A stretch of DNA of 64,000 nt from Verrucomicrobiota bacterium (GTDB lineage Bacteria > Chlamydiota > Chlamydiia > Chlamydiales > JAEYWL01): NCBI GenBank assembly GCA_023428915.1, contig JAEYWL010000111.1, forward strand, positions 2,769 to 66,768. Reading direction: 5' to 3'. The notes beneath the pieces were generated by a model. That model was not told the origin of the DNA. It made no database searches and saw only the letters and a program-made list of their open reading frames with translations. Of the stretch, positions 1 through 9,904 are shown in pieces (the stretch's first letter is position 1; each line of letters starts with the position of its first letter). A program made the translations under genes and the position numbers.

Positions 1-620
1 GTGGAAAACCCATGCTTTTCAAGATCTGCTGGAGATCCGATAATGCCGTCGAGCAAGCCAAAATCCATTGCTTCTTCCGGTGTCATCCATGTATCGCGGT
101 CAATGGCGCGATCGATGGTTTCAAAATCTTTACCGGTAGCCTCAACGTAAATTTTAACGAGGCCATGGCGTGTTTTTAGCATCTCTTTAGCTTGGATTTC
201 AAGGTCTGTCGCTTGCCCTTTGATTACACCGCCGATATGGGGTTGGTGGATCATGATACGGCTGTTAGGCGTTGCAAAGCGTTTGCCTTTACCCGCGCAC
301 AGGCTTAAAATGGACCCCATTGAAGCGGCTAAACCTGTAATTAGAGTAGTTACCGGGGATGTGATCATATTGACTTGATCCCAAATAGCAAAGCCTGAAT
401 CTACAGAGCCGCCAGGGCTATTGATAATTAAGAGGATAGGCTTGCCCGGATCTAGCATTTCCAGATACCAGAGTTTGCGAATGACATCATTGGCAGAGTC
501 ATTGTCGATGGCATCGGAAATAAATAATCTTCTCATTTCCAACAGGGCGTTATCAATTTTATCATCCAACTTGGATGCCTGGGGCTTGGCATTATCCTGT
601 TGCGGCTGTTTTGGCGGCAT
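1..620 (-). CDS. clpP: ATP-dependent Clp protease proteolytic subunit ClpP (C-terminus cut by window edge)
   Basis: Reverse-strand translation from the ATG at complement 618-620 reads [10 protein letters not shown]...[21 protein letters not shown]...[11 protein letters not shown]...RIMIHQP...[18 protein letters not shown]. The frame stays open to position 1. It is absent from the ORF track because no stop lies in the window. Catalytic Ser (AASMG) and His (MIHQP) motifs are present. Confidence 0.9.
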   Translation of the reverse strand, partial: MPPKQPQQDNAKPQASKLDDKIDNALLEMRRLFISDAIDNDSANDVIRKLWYLEMLDPGKPILLIINSPGGSVDSGFAIWDQVNMITSPVTTLITGLAASMGSILSLCAGKGKRFATPNSRIMIHQPHIGGVIKGQATDLEIQAKEMLKTRHGLVKIYVEATGKDFETIDRAIDRDTWMTPEEAMDFGLLDGIIGSPADLEKHGFS

Positions 621-643
621 AGTCACTCCATTGTTAAAAAACT

Positions 644-2161
644 TTAGATTTTGGCCATCTGCGACATTGACTGTTCTTGCACGGGATCGATTTCAATTTC
701 CGGATATAGCGGAAAATGTGCAAGCAATTCAGCAATGGTTTGCTTAGCTCGTTCCATAGCAGCTAAATCAGTAGTTGTCAAACTTTTACTTAGCTGTCCT
801 GTTTTAGGGGCTATAGCGGGCTTGCTATGCGAGAGTATGTCGATAATGGCTTTAGCAATCTGCTTCATTTCTTCAACCCCCATTCCCAAAGTTGTAGTGG
901 CAGGGGTGCCAATGCGAATGCCTGAAGTATACCAGGGGCCGTTTTTGTCAAAAGGGATGGCATTGCGGTTAACAGTAAGGGCGGCTTCCCGCAGGGCAAT
1001 TTCTGCCTGCCGGCCAGTGAGGCCGAATGGGGAGACATCTAAAATCATTAAGTGATTGTCTGTGCCGCCTGTCAGAACTTTAGCGCCCAGGTGCATAAAC
1101 TCTTCAGCCAAGGCTTTTGCATTTTGCACGATTCTTTGGGCGTAATCTTGGAAAGCCAAAGTATTAGCTTCCTTAAAGGCGACAGCCTTTGCTGCTAAAA
1201 CATGCGGCAGGGGACCCCCTAATACCAGAGGACAGCCTTTATTGACTATTTCTGCAAACTCCTGTTTGCACATCACAAGCCCCCCTCGCGGCCCTCTAAG
1301 GGTTTTATGGGTGGTAGAAGTCACAATATGGGCATGGGGAATCGGGTCGAAATCTCCGCGGAAGACTTTTCCCGCAACAAGCCCTGCAAAGTGGGCCATA
1401 TCAACCATAAAGACTGCCCCGGCCTTATCGGCAATTTCGCGCATTATTGCGAAATTAATTAGGCGAGGATAGGCGGAGAAACCGGCTAGCAGGATGGTTG
1501 GTTTTTCACGCAGGGCAATAGCTTCAATTGATTTGTAGTCTAATAAACCTGTATTGGGATCCACATCGTAAGAGACAGCTTGCATCATTTTTGATGAGAT
1601 ATTGTGGCGATAACCATGTGTAAGATGCCCTCCAGAGTTTAGCGAAAGGCCCAGCACTTTTTGATTGAGCAATAGCTGCCGGACTTCTTCATATTCAGCT
1701 GGAGTAAGTTCGTCGATAGTTTTTTTGCCGAACTTCTCTACTTGCGGATTCTGGATGCGGTTGACTAGGATTGACCAAAACGCGACCAAGTTGGCATCTG
1801 CGCCTGAGTGTGGTTGTACGTAGGCATGCTCGCAATTAAAAATTTGCTTTAATTGCTGGATGCACTCCTCTTCCACTGTATCTATGTTGTCGCAACCTGC
1901 ATAAAAGCGGTGATGGGCATAGCCTTCAGCATACTTATCTGTGAGCAAGTTGCCCATGGCTAATTGAGTGGCTACCGAGCAAAAATTTTCCGAAGCGATT
2001 AATTTAAGATGGGAGCGTTGATCTTTTAGCTCTTGAATAATGCTTTGAGCTATAACAGGCGATACTTTTTCAACCTGATCCAGAGAGGCCAGGTACGCGA
2101 TGGTCTCTGTTTTTTGTAATTCTAACGGTGTTTTGGAGAGGTATTTACGTAAACGCTGCAT
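644..2161 (-). CDS. glyA: serine hydroxymethyltransferase
   Basis: 505-aa ORF with SHMT hallmarks: LIASENF, HLTHGY, and [14 protein letters not shown] (the PLP-lysine motif). It lies next to clpP, as I recall for Chlamydiaceae. Confidence 0.95.
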   Translation of the reverse strand: MQRLRKYLSKTPLELQKTETIAYLASLDQVEKVSPVIAQSIIQELKDQRSHLKLIASENFCSVATQLAMGNLLTDKYAEGYAHHRFYAGCDNIDTVEEECIQQLKQIFNCEHAYVQPHSGADANLVAFWSILVNRIQNPQVEKFGKKTIDELTPAEYEEVRQLLLNQKVLGLSLNSGGHLTHGYRHNISSKMMQAVSYDVDPNTGLLDYKSIEAIALREKPTILLAGFSAYPRLINFAIMREIADKAGAVFMVDMAHFAGLVAGKVFRGDFDPIPHAHIVTSTTHKTLRGPRGGLVMCKQEFAEIVNKGCPLVLGGPLPHVLAAKAVAFKEANTLAFQDYAQRIVQNAKALAEEFMHLGAKVLTGGTDNHLMILDVSPFGLTGRQAEIALREAALTVNRNAIPFDKNGPWYTSGIRIGTPATTTLGMGVEEMKQIAKAIIDILSHSKPAIAPKTGQLSKSLTTTDLAAMERAKQTIAELLAHFPLYPEIEIDPVQEQSMSQMAKI

Positions 2162-2253
2162 GTATCTTAAACCTTAGGTAGGAAATTTTATTACCTGAAT
2201 TGTGATCGATTTGTGGAAAAAAGGCAAAGAAAACAAGATAATAGGCAAAGTAA

Positions 2254-2279
2254 GAGTTAGGCGCTTAAGCGCCTAACTC
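2254..2279 (-). terminator. perfect palindrome downstream of the 138-aa ORF (putative terminator hairpin)
   Basis: gagttaggcgcttaagcgcctaactc is self-complementary. It lies 27 bp past the stop of the minus-strand ORF 2306-2722. It shares the AGCGCCTAACTC motif with the repeat at 4141-4262. Confidence 0.45.
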
Positions 2280-2305
2280 AGACTTTTATGCACATCTTTT
2301 TTCGG

Positions 2306-2722
2306 CTAGCCAAAAAAAGGGGTGTATTGAATGGAGGTGCCGTAAGTCAAAAAATGGTTTTCGCCTTGTTCATAGTGCTGGTCGTTAATAAGCGTCTTAA
2401 ATTCGCACTGTGTAAAGGGGGCATCAGTTTCCCAAACCCATTCATCTCTGCCGATATTCTTTAGGGGAATGCCGCGATCCCAACTTAAGTTAGCGCCTTT
2501 GCCTCTAATATACAGGCTATTATGGAAGCCGACGTCGTATTTAATAGTGATGCGCGTTTTGCCGCGTTTTGAAGATTGTGCTTCTTTTTTTTCAGAAGAT
2601 TTGGCGTCTTCTTGAACCTCGCTTGCTTTAAGCGAATTTTTCTTTGAATTACTTGAGCTAAAAGAAGTTTCTTGCTTATTTGGTTGAAATTCTTTTGTTA
2701 AGCTAGCAGTTTTTTTATTCAT
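2306..2722 (-). CDS. hypothetical protein with a possible C-terminal carbohydrate-binding beta-sandwich (CBM20-like, tentative)
   Basis: 138-aa ORF with a Lys/Ser/Glu-rich N-terminal half. The C-terminal segment ITIKYDVGFHNSLYIRGKGANLSWDRG...DEWVWET...EFKTLINDQHYEQGENH has the spacing of starch/glycogen-binding modules. This is a pattern match only. Confidence 0.5.
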   Translation of the reverse strand: MNKKTASLTKEFQPNKQETSFSSSNSKKNSLKASEVQEDAKSSEKKEAQSSKRGKTRITIKYDVGFHNSLYIRGKGANLSWDRGIPLKNIGRDEWVWETDAPFTQCEFKTLINDQHYEQGENHFLTYGTSIQYTPFFG

Positions 2723-2959
2723 AGCAAGATTCTCCTTTAAGAGTTTGTGAGCACCCTTCTAAAGGGTACTGCTATATTTATTCTCATCTTCTAGAATCTA
2801 TGTCAATAAAAAACTTTGATTGTCACGGAGAATAAGTCTCTTATTTTTACTTGTCTATTTTAGTTTTTTAAGGTAAATTGTTTCTATTACATGAACTAGA
2901 GCCAAATTGCATCCTCAATTACTGAGGCAGCAAGAGAAGGATAACTTAAGGAATAGCAA

Positions 2960-3730
2960 ATGCAACAAAATCTCGTTCCTATTTTGGAGATTCAAGAGCT
3001 AGACATGAAGCTGATTCGTTTGATGCGTCTAAAAAAAGAGCGTCAAAGGGAGCTGGATAATCTGAATCGCATTAAATCGGACCTGCAAAACCAGCAAGCA
3101 ATCAAAGAGAATGAGATTTTCGAATTAAAGAAAAATATTCGCATGGCTGAGAATGAACTAAAAGAAGTTCAAGAAAAAATTAAACAGCTCGAATCCCGTC
3201 AAAATTCCATAAAGAAAGTTGAAGAGTTCAATGCCCTTTCTCATGAAATCGCCGCTGCAGAAAAAGATAAGCACGCCAAAGAACAGCGCTTAAGCGATAT
3301 GTACGACCGCCAAACTGCTGAAGAAGATCTCCTCAAGGCGTTGAAAAAGACATTAGAGCAAACCAATGAAGATAGCCATACTCTGGAAAATGAAATCATA
3401 GAAAGCATTCGCCAAATTAATGCTGAAGGCCGTGAGTTAGAAACAGAGCGCAATCAGTTAGTGCAAAATGCCGATCCTGAGGTCTTCAAGATTTATGAAA
3501 GGCTCCTGCGCAATAAAAAAGACCGCGTGGTAGTACCTATTGAAAACCGCGCCTGCAGCGGCTGCCATATCGTACTTACAGCTCAAGATGAAAACCTCGT
3601 CCGCAAAGGTGAAAGGCTAATTTTTTGCGAACACTGCTCGCGCATCCATTACTGGCAAGAAAGTGCAGCTTTAGAAGGTACTCCTGCAGCTACAAGACAG
3701 CGCAGACGTAGAGGCAGCGCTAAAGCTTAG
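2960..3730 (+). CDS. coiled-coil plus C4 zinc-ribbon protein (COG1579; CT398/HP0958-like)
   Basis: 256-aa ORF with a long heptad-like coiled coil (LKKNIRMAENELKEVQEKIKQLESRQ...). It ends in a CSGCHIVL...CEHCSRI zinc ribbon. Size and architecture match chlamydial CT398. Confidence 0.8.
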   Translation: MQQNLVPILEIQELDMKLIRLMRLKKERQRELDNLNRIKSDLQNQQAIKENEIFELKKNIRMAENELKEVQEKIKQLESRQNSIKKVEEFNALSHEIAAAEKDKHAKEQRLSDMYDRQTAEEDLLKALKKTLEQTNEDSHTLENEIIESIRQINAEGRELETERNQLVQNADPEVFKIYERLLRNKKDRVVVPIENRACSGCHIVLTAQDENLVRKGERLIFCEHCSRIHYWQESAALEGTPAATRQRRRRGSAKA

Positions 3731-3734
3731 GGTT

Positions 3735-4099
3735 TGGGAGGAGAGGTAGTCGCTGCCGCTTGTAAAAGCGGGAGAGGAAAGTCTGGACTTCATAGAAGAG
3801 GATACCAGCGAAAGGCTGGGGGCCGTAAGGCTACGGAAAGTGTAACAGAAAGCAATCCGCTAGCAGGCATTGCCTGCTAGGTAGGCTGAAACGCTAGCTT
3901 ATGGAGCTAGCCGCATCTGGAGCAATCCAGAGCGCTGACAAACCCTATCCGAAGCAAGACCGAATAGAGCGTTATCCTGTGCTTCGCAGAGTTCTAAAGG
4001 TGTCGCTTAAGGTTCCTGGCGACAGGAGCCGTAGAGGAATGACTGCCATCTTTTAAGAGTTTCTTAAGAGCATACAGAATCCGGCTTACAATCCTCCCA
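3735..4099 (+). ncRNA. rnpB: RNase P RNA, bacterial type A (ends approximate)
   Basis: Contains the conserved gagaggaaagtctggact (GAGGAAAGUCnGGnC) motif, gtaacagaaagcaa, and the 3' motif acagaatccggcttac. The terminal P1 pairing is tgggagga (3735-) with tcctccca (-4099). The region is non-coding in all frames. Confidence 0.85.
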
Positions 4100-4140
4100 T
4101 TTTTTTCCAATGCTCGATTTTTAGAAGTATTGTTTATCCT

Positions 4141-4262
4141 AATAGAAAATGGACCTTAACGACGCCATGGACCTTATGGACTTAATGGACATTAATGACA
4201 AGTGATTGGCGCTTAGTCTATTAAGTCTATAAGGTCCATTGTCCATTTTAGCGCCTAACTCG
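4141..4262. repeat. palindromic intergenic repeat, family B (GGACCTTAACGACGCC core)
   Basis: Imperfect long palindrome: aaaatggaccttaacgacgccatggaccttatggacttaat...attaagtctataaggtccattgtccatttt. It ends in agcgcctaactcgactt. The core recurs at 10941-11010 and 32441-32562. Confidence 0.7.
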
Positions 4263-4293
4263 ACTTCGGAATCTTTCTTAGAGATGCCTGATG

Positions 4294-5022
4294 CTATCTC
4301 CAGGAGTTGGTGACAGCTTCGAAAAATTCGCGGCGCAATTCCACATCTTTTTCAAAAGCTCCTCGCAGATTATTGGTCGTAGTCTTGCTTTCTTGGTCGT
4401 GTACGCCTCTGGCGTGAACACAAAAGTGAGTAGCTGTCATTGAAACGGCAACATCTTCAATATCCATTAAATGCATCAGACAGTCAGCTATTTGGGCGGT
4501 TAGACGTTCTTGCAGCTGGGGTCTTTGCGCATAGTAGCGCACAATTCTAGACACCTTGGACAAACCAATTAATTTACCCGCAGGTTTATAGGCCACAAAA
4601 GCCTTCCCTTGCATAGGGACAAAATGGTGTTCACAGAAACTAATAAAGCTTACAGACACAAAAACCATGCTAGAACGGCGATGCGCCATTTCCTGGTCAT
4701 TGACAATACTAATGGCGGGGAAGTTTTTGGGTTGAAGTCCTGAAAATACTTCCTTTACATACATCTTTGCGACGCGGTGGGGAGTGTGGGCTATGGATTC
4801 ATCGCTTAAATCCAAACCAAGCGTTTTCATGATCTCACGAAAATGTTGTTCTATAATGGCTATTTTTTCTTCATCGTTTAATTCCAGGAGAAGGTCTGTG
4901 GTCGGATTGGGAAAATGGGTGCGGATGAGTTCTTCTGAGACAGCCATATAGTGAGAACCCGGAACTGGAGGTTCAGCACTGAAATTCTTTTGTTTTTTCT
5001 TCATAAGTTCCTCTTTACTCAT
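4294..5022 (-). CDS. folE: GTP cyclohydrolase I
   Basis: 242-aa ORF with CEHHFVPMQGKAFVAYKPAGKLIGLSKVSRIVRYYAQRPQLQERLT, typical of FolE. Confidence 0.9.
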   Translation of the reverse strand: MSKEELMKKKQKNFSAEPPVPGSHYMAVSEELIRTHFPNPTTDLLLELNDEEKIAIIEQHFREIMKTLGLDLSDESIAHTPHRVAKMYVKEVFSGLQPKNFPAISIVNDQEMAHRRSSMVFVSVSFISFCEHHFVPMQGKAFVAYKPAGKLIGLSKVSRIVRYYAQRPQLQERLTAQIADCLMHLMDIEDVAVSMTATHFCVHARGVHDQESKTTTNNLRGAFEKDVELRREFFEAVTNSWR

Positions 5023-5116
5023 AATTTAGTAAAATCTCAACCCTTAATAATAAATAGTTTGTTTAACTTTGTCAAATTTCTAAATTGTATTTATTCGAGG
5101 GTTAATTAATTTTAAT

Positions 5117-5890
5117 TTAAGTTTTTATTGAATTGTAATTCCTAATCGAAGCAGCCGCGATTGCAAAAGCATTGGACACATTTAATGAATTTTTTCGGCC
5201 ATAGAGGGGGATTTCTATGCATGCATCAACCATAGCCAATAATTCTCGAGAGCAACCATATTCCTCATTCCCAACAGCTAAAGTAAAAATTGGCGGAAAA
5301 GAAAAATCGGCAAGCGGAGTTGCCTGCTCTGAAGTTTCCAATGCAATTACAGGGCGGGGCAGTTCATCAAGGGAGCGTACTTGCTGGCAGGCAACCCAAT
5401 GCGCAGAGTTCATCGCAGTGGCAGTTACTTGCTTATTGGTGATAAAGGGCGTGTTTTTAGAAAAATAAATTGTGCCCAAGGCAAAAGCTTCAACGGTTCT
5501 AATGATGCTGCCAACATTGTGTGCAGAGCGCAAATTGTCTAAATACACAGAGACAGGAAGACAGCTCGGATGATAATCGATGCGATCTCCTTGCCTAATG
5601 TTGGGTAAAAAATTTGGTTCGCGCACGTGTATTCCAGCATTTTGTAAATGATAGTGGTATAAATCAGCGAGCGATTCCCCCGAACAGTTTTTTAAAGGGG
5701 GAAGAGAAAGCCAGCTTGCTAGCTCATTATACTCCTCTTCCAACACTGCTGTTGAGGCGTCATCCCGTTTAGCTAAGTAGAGCCGCCTGGCTAGATCGGC
5801 AAGTATTTTTTGCTGCTGTTCTTTGCCAAGCGCTTGATATTTTGGTTTGTTAAACCTACGCATTCGCCTGTTTAGTTTCGAGATAAGCAC
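5117..5890 (-). CDS. SpoU/TrmH-family RNA 2'-O-methyltransferase
   Basis: All three SpoU motifs are present: HNVGSIIRTVEAFA, LAVGNEEYGCS, and IEIPLYGRKNSLNVSNAFAIAA. The start is uncertain because the 5' end overlaps the upstream ABC-F gene. Confidence 0.75.
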   Translation of the reverse strand: MLISKLNRRMRRFNKPKYQALGKEQQQKILADLARRLYLAKRDDASTAVLEEEYNELASWLSLPPLKNCSGESLADLYHYHLQNAGIHVREPNFLPNIRQGDRIDYHPSCLPVSVYLDNLRSAHNVGSIIRTVEAFALGTIYFSKNTPFITNKQVTATAMNSAHWVACQQVRSLDELPRPVIALETSEQATPLADFSFPPIFTLAVGNEEYGCSRELLAMVDACIEIPLYGRKNSLNVSNAFAIAAASIRNYNSIKT

Positions 5891-7445
5891 TTAAGTTGCC
5901 GTCATAAATTCGGATGCCATCTTCTTCAAAGGCGATGATTTTATTCGTAGATTTTTCAATCAAATCGCGGTCATGGCTGGCAACAATTACAGTCCCCTTA
6001 TATTCTTCAAGAGCCCAAGCGAGAGCTGAAACTGCTTCGAGGTCAAGGTGGTTGTTAGGCTCATCCAATATAATGACATTATGCTCGACTAATGTCATGC
6101 CGCCCAAAATGAGGCGCGCTGTTTCACCGCCCGATAGCATGGAGACCTTTTTAAAGGCATCGTCTCCGGCAAATAACATTTTACCCAGGACGCTGCGAAT
6201 TTCCTGGTCATAAATGCCTGAGCGGCGCGCTTTTAGCCACTCAAATGCGGTTAAGGAAGAGTTCTTGTCTACAATTTCTGCATGATTTTGGGGAAAATAA
6301 GAAATCTGCACCATATGCCCCAACTCCACTTTACCAGAGTCTGGTGCGTGCGCTTGGGCGAATAATTTCAACAATGTTGATTTGCCTCGTCCGTTAGCCC
6401 CAATCACTCCAATCTTTTCACCGCGCTCCACCTCCAGGCTAAAATCACGGATTACTTCTAAGCCATCATAGCCTTTAGAAACCTCTTGTACTTTGAGAAC
6501 AATTTTGCCAGGCTGTTTTTCGGTGGGAATAAAGCGGATATACGGGCGCTGGATATTCGATTTTTTCAATTCCTGCGGCTGTAATTTTTGAATTTCGCGC
6601 ATGCGGGATTGCACCTGGCTGGCACGCGTACCGGCACCAAAACGGGCTACAAATTCGCGCAGCTGCGCAATTTTTTTTTCTTTAGATTTGGCTTCTCTTT
6701 CTGCCTGATCGCGTACGGAGGTTTTAGCGACAATCATCTCGTCATAGTTGCCGGGGTAGATGATAATGGTGTCATAGTCGATATCGGCAATGTGCGTGGT
6801 GACAGAGTTTAAAAAGTGCCTGTCGTGGCTAATGACAATTAATACCCCTTTATAATTGTGCAGGAAAGTCTCAAGCCAGCCGATCGATTCTAAATCTAGG
6901 TGGTTGGTCGGTTCGTCCAATAGCAGCGCTTGAGGATCGCCAAAGAGTGCCTGGCAAAGCAGTACCCGGAACTGCATATCAGTAGGGATGGTGCTCATTT
7001 TTTGCTGGAAATACTCACCTTTGACTCCCATGCCATGCAGCAATAGCTCAGCATTAGCGTCGGCAGAGTAGCCGTCTTCTTCAGCCACGATTCCCTCTAA
7101 TTCCCCGAGGCGCATACCGACTTCGTCTGTCATTTCCATATCGTAAAGCTTGTCGCGCTCTTTCATGGCATCCCATAGGCGCTTATTGCCCATAATGACT
7201 ACATCCAGAACAAGGTCGTCGTGGTAATCTTCAATATTCTGCCTTAAAATACCGACGCGGTCAGGCAGCGTCACATTTCCGCTAGTGGCTTCTTCCAAGC
7301 CCATAATAATTTTCAAAAGGGTCGATTTACCTGCACCATTTGGGCCGGTTAAACCGTAGCGATTTCCTGCATTGAATGTGACGGAAACGCTTTCAAAGAG
7401 AATACGACTGCCGAAACTTTTGGAAATTTGGGAAAGTGTGATCAT
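5856..7445 (-). CDS. ABC-F family ATPase (two ABC cassettes, no TM domain)
   Basis: 529 aa with two Walker A motifs (GPNGAGKST, GANGRGKST), an LSGGE signature and two LLLDEPTNHLD/ILDEPNNHLD Walker B motifs. A charged linker joins the cassettes. Confidence 0.9.
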   Translation of the reverse strand: MITLSQISKSFGSRILFESVSVTFNAGNRYGLTGPNGAGKSTLLKIIMGLEEATSGNVTLPDRVGILRQNIEDYHDDLVLDVVIMGNKRLWDAMKERDKLYDMEMTDEVGMRLGELEGIVAEEDGYSADANAELLLHGMGVKGEYFQQKMSTIPTDMQFRVLLCQALFGDPQALLLDEPTNHLDLESIGWLETFLHNYKGVLIVISHDRHFLNSVTTHIADIDYDTIIIYPGNYDEMIVAKTSVRDQAEREAKSKEKKIAQLREFVARFGAGTRASQVQSRMREIQKLQPQELKKSNIQRPYIRFIPTEKQPGKIVLKVQEVSKGYDGLEVIRDFSLEVERGEKIGVIGANGRGKSTLLKLFAQAHAPDSGKVELGHMVQISYFPQNHAEIVDKNSSLTAFEWLKARRSGIYDQEIRSVLGKMLFAGDDAFKKVSMLSGGETARLILGGMTLVEHNVIILDEPNNHLDLEAVSALAWALEEYKGTVIVASHDRDLIEKSTNKIIAFEEDGIRIYDGNLSAYLETKQANA

Positions 7446-7503
7446 AATTTATTTTTTGCGTAAAAAGGGTTAAATAGGAGATCTAATAATAATCTCTTCA
7501 GCC

Positions 7504-8427
7504 TTAATGTGAAAGGGAATTTATTGCACGGGGGTGGGTGCGGTCATAGACCTCTTTTTTAAGCTTGGGAGAGACTTGGGTGTAAATGGTCGTTGTTATT
7601 GGAGTGCTGTGTCCTAAAAGGACTTGAATAGTCTTTAAATCCATGCCATTTTCTAACCAGTGTGTGGCTATAGTGTGGCGAATGGTATGCGGGGTAATTT
7701 TACCGGACAGGCCGGCCGTCCGCAGATATTTGGCAAAATTGCGATCTACGGAGCGGGGTGAAAGGCGCGTGCCTTCCCGGTTGAGAAATACCGCGTGTTT
7801 ATCCAGTTCTGGCTCGTGTCCATCGCAGCGTAGATGCCGTTCAAGATGCGAGAGGTATTGCTTAATCCATTCTGCGGCATTTTGGGTGATCGGAATTACC
7901 CGTTCTTTTTTGCCTTTGCCTTTTATTCTGATAAGGAGGCCTGTCAAATCTATGTCTTCCCGATTTAAGTTGACCAGCTCGCTAACACGTAGGCCGGAGC
8001 TATAAAATAGCTCCATGATCGTGCGGTCGCGGAAACCTAAATAACACCCCAGATCGGGAGCGGCAAGCAGCTCTTTTACTTGTTCATAGGTCAGGCAGGA
8101 AGGCAGCGTTTTTTCCAATTTGGGGGTTTCCAGCTCATCAGCCGGATTATGTTCAAGGATTTTTTGCCGGTGGGCCCAGCGGAAAAAAGTCCGCAGAGTG
8201 GCCAGACGGCGTGCAATGGAGCGTTTTTGACTGCCTTTTTTAGCTTGCTCCGCGACAAAAGCGCGTAAATGGTATTTGTCGACAAGTTTTAGGTCTGCAA
8301 GGTGCTTTTCTTCTAGAAATGCTAAAAATCGGGCAAGGTCCAAACCGTAATTGCGGATAGTGTGCTCCGACGCCTGCTTCACAGCATGCAAATAGAGACT
8401 GAATTGTTCAATTAGTTGCGAAATCAT
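7504..8427 (-). CDS. tyrosine site-specific recombinase, XerC/XerD family
   Basis: 307 aa with an N-terminal SAM-like domain. The C-terminal HTIRHTIATHWLENGMDLKTIQVLLGHSTPITTTIYTQV carries the R-H-R-Y catalytic pattern. Confidence 0.9.
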   Translation of the reverse strand: MISQLIEQFSLYLHAVKQASEHTIRNYGLDLARFLAFLEEKHLADLKLVDKYHLRAFVAEQAKKGSQKRSIARRLATLRTFFRWAHRQKILEHNPADELETPKLEKTLPSCLTYEQVKELLAAPDLGCYLGFRDRTIMELFYSSGLRVSELVNLNREDIDLTGLLIRIKGKGKKERVIPITQNAAEWIKQYLSHLERHLRCDGHEPELDKHAVFLNREGTRLSPRSVDRNFAKYLRTAGLSGKITPHTIRHTIATHWLENGMDLKTIQVLLGHSTPITTTIYTQVSPKLKKEVYDRTHPRAINSLSH

Positions 8428-8453
8428 GGCCTTTTAGATTTATAAGCGTCTCC

Positions 8454-9203
8454 TTAGTACAGCACTTTTTCTAAAAAAAGTCCATGAGCAGGTGCTGCTT
8501 GAGCTGCCAAACGGCGGTCTTGCGAAGCAAAAATAGCTCTAATTTCGCTTGGCGTAGTTTTTCCTGAGGCTGCATGCAGCAGCGTGCCTACCATATTACG
8601 GACCATCTTGTATAAAAATCCGTCGCCCTCAAATACCAGCCGCACTCCTCCAGGCTGTTCGATGATGTCTAAGCGATAGATCGTGCGGATGGAGTCCCGT
8701 GCAGCTACGCCCTCATGAGCCGAGTTGGCAAAGGCTTTAAAATCATGTGTGCCGACAAATTCTGCAGCCGCTTCTTTTAAGGCCGCGAGTGAAATTTTGA
8801 AAGGGACGCGGTAGGCATATAGCCGTTTAAAAGGAGACATTACTTGGTCGAGCCAAAGATGGTAGTGGTAAACTTTTCCGACGGCACTATAGCGTGCATG
8901 AAAGCCTGCTGGAGCCGGCTCGATCTGCAGTATCCGTATATCTGATGGCAGCAGGGCATTGGCTGAACGCAGAAATGAATAAGGGGTTATTGGAGCTTCG
9001 CAATGGAAATGCGCCGCTTGTCCATGGGCATGCACTCCCGCATCGGTGCGGCCAGAACCTATGACCTTAACTGGTTCGCGTAAAAACACCTTAAGGGTTG
9101 TTTCCAAGGTTTCTTGGACAGACGGACCATTCGGCTGCACTTGCCAGCCGTTATACAGTGTGCCGTCATAGGCAATCAGGATTTTGTAAATTGGCACACT
9201 CAT
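8454..9203 (-). CDS. truA: tRNA pseudouridine(38-40) synthase
   Basis: 249 aa with YDGTLYNGWQVQPN and GSGRTDAGVHAHGQ (catalytic Asp motif). Confidence 0.9.
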   Translation of the reverse strand: MSVPIYKILIAYDGTLYNGWQVQPNGPSVQETLETTLKVFLREPVKVIGSGRTDAGVHAHGQAAHFHCEAPITPYSFLRSANALLPSDIRILQIEPAPAGFHARYSAVGKVYHYHLWLDQVMSPFKRLYAYRVPFKISLAALKEAAAEFVGTHDFKAFANSAHEGVAARDSIRTIYRLDIIEQPGGVRLVFEGDGFLYKMVRNMVGTLLHAASGKTTPSEIRAIFASQDRRLAAQAAPAHGLFLEKVLY

Positions 9204-9904
9204 AAGACTATTTTTTGAGGCAGCAGCAGTTCGGCAATGTGCAGATCTTCAGGGGTTGTGATTTTTAAATTAGCATAAGAGCCCGAAACCATTTTTGCTG
9301 GGATTTGCAGCAGTTCCACTAATGAAAGGTCGTCTGTAACTGCAGCATTAAGTTCTTTAGCCTTGGCAAAGCCTTTTTTCAATAATTCTATTCGAACTGC
9401 TTGAGGCGTCTGCACCTCCCAAAAGCGGGAGCGGTCGGGGGTGTTGAGAATGGTGCCGTCGGCAGCAGTCTCTTTGATAGTAAATTTCAAGGGCATGCCT
9501 GCCGCTGCGGCGCCTGCTTTGTGTGCATGCAAAAGCACATTTTCTACTATCTTCTTGGTAATTAAGGGACGCGCTGCGTCATGTACACAGACTAGTTCTA
9601 TTTCCTTTGAAATTTTTTGCAGGCCATTAAATACGGAGTCCTGGCGCTGCTCTCCGGGCTCTGCAAAATGCAGCCGGCAAGTGGAATTTATGGCAGCTTC
9701 AAGAAATAGAGGGCGGTATTCTTCCCTGCAGACTACTACCAGTTCCTGGATCGGCAGCTGGCAAAATACTTCAAAGCTCCAGAGCGCGACAGGTTTTCCC
9801 CGTAAAGGCAAATATTGTTTCGGCATACTGCTGCCCATTCTACTGCCTACGCCGCCGGCTAAAAGGATTACCGCAGTGGTTGGAAAAGGATGGAGCATAT
9901 TCAC
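9200..9904 (-). CDS. ispD: 2-C-methyl-D-erythritol 4-phosphate cytidylyltransferase
   Basis: 234 aa with AVILLAGGVGSRMGSSMPKQYLPL and VHDAARP. There are 4-nt overlaps with both neighbours, suggesting an operon. Confidence 0.9.
   Translation of the reverse strand: MNMLHPFPTTAVILLAGGVGSRMGSSMPKQYLPLRGKPVALWSFEVFCQLPIQELVVVCREEYRPLFLEAAINSTCRLHFAEPGEQRQDSVFNGLQKISKEIELVCVHDAARPLITKKIVENVLLHAHKAGAAAAGMPLKFTIKETAADGTILNTPDRSRFWEVQTPQAVRIELLKKGFAKAKELNAAVTDDLSLVELLQIPAKMVSGSYANLKITTPEDLHIAELLLPQKIVL

Noticed and set aside
421-1055. ORF-track entries 421-747 (+) and 651-1055 (+), which overlap clpP and glyA
   Set aside because: They are antisense shadow ORFs inside two strongly supported minus-strand genes. 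Their products are low-complexity Ser/Leu/Ala-rich sequences with no motifs.
4100-4293. Riboswitch or leader upstream of a folate gene, or a second RNA gene after rnpB
   Set aside because: The region lies downstream (3') of folE, not upstream, and is fully explained by the family B palindromic repeat. I recognised no conserved riboswitch motif.
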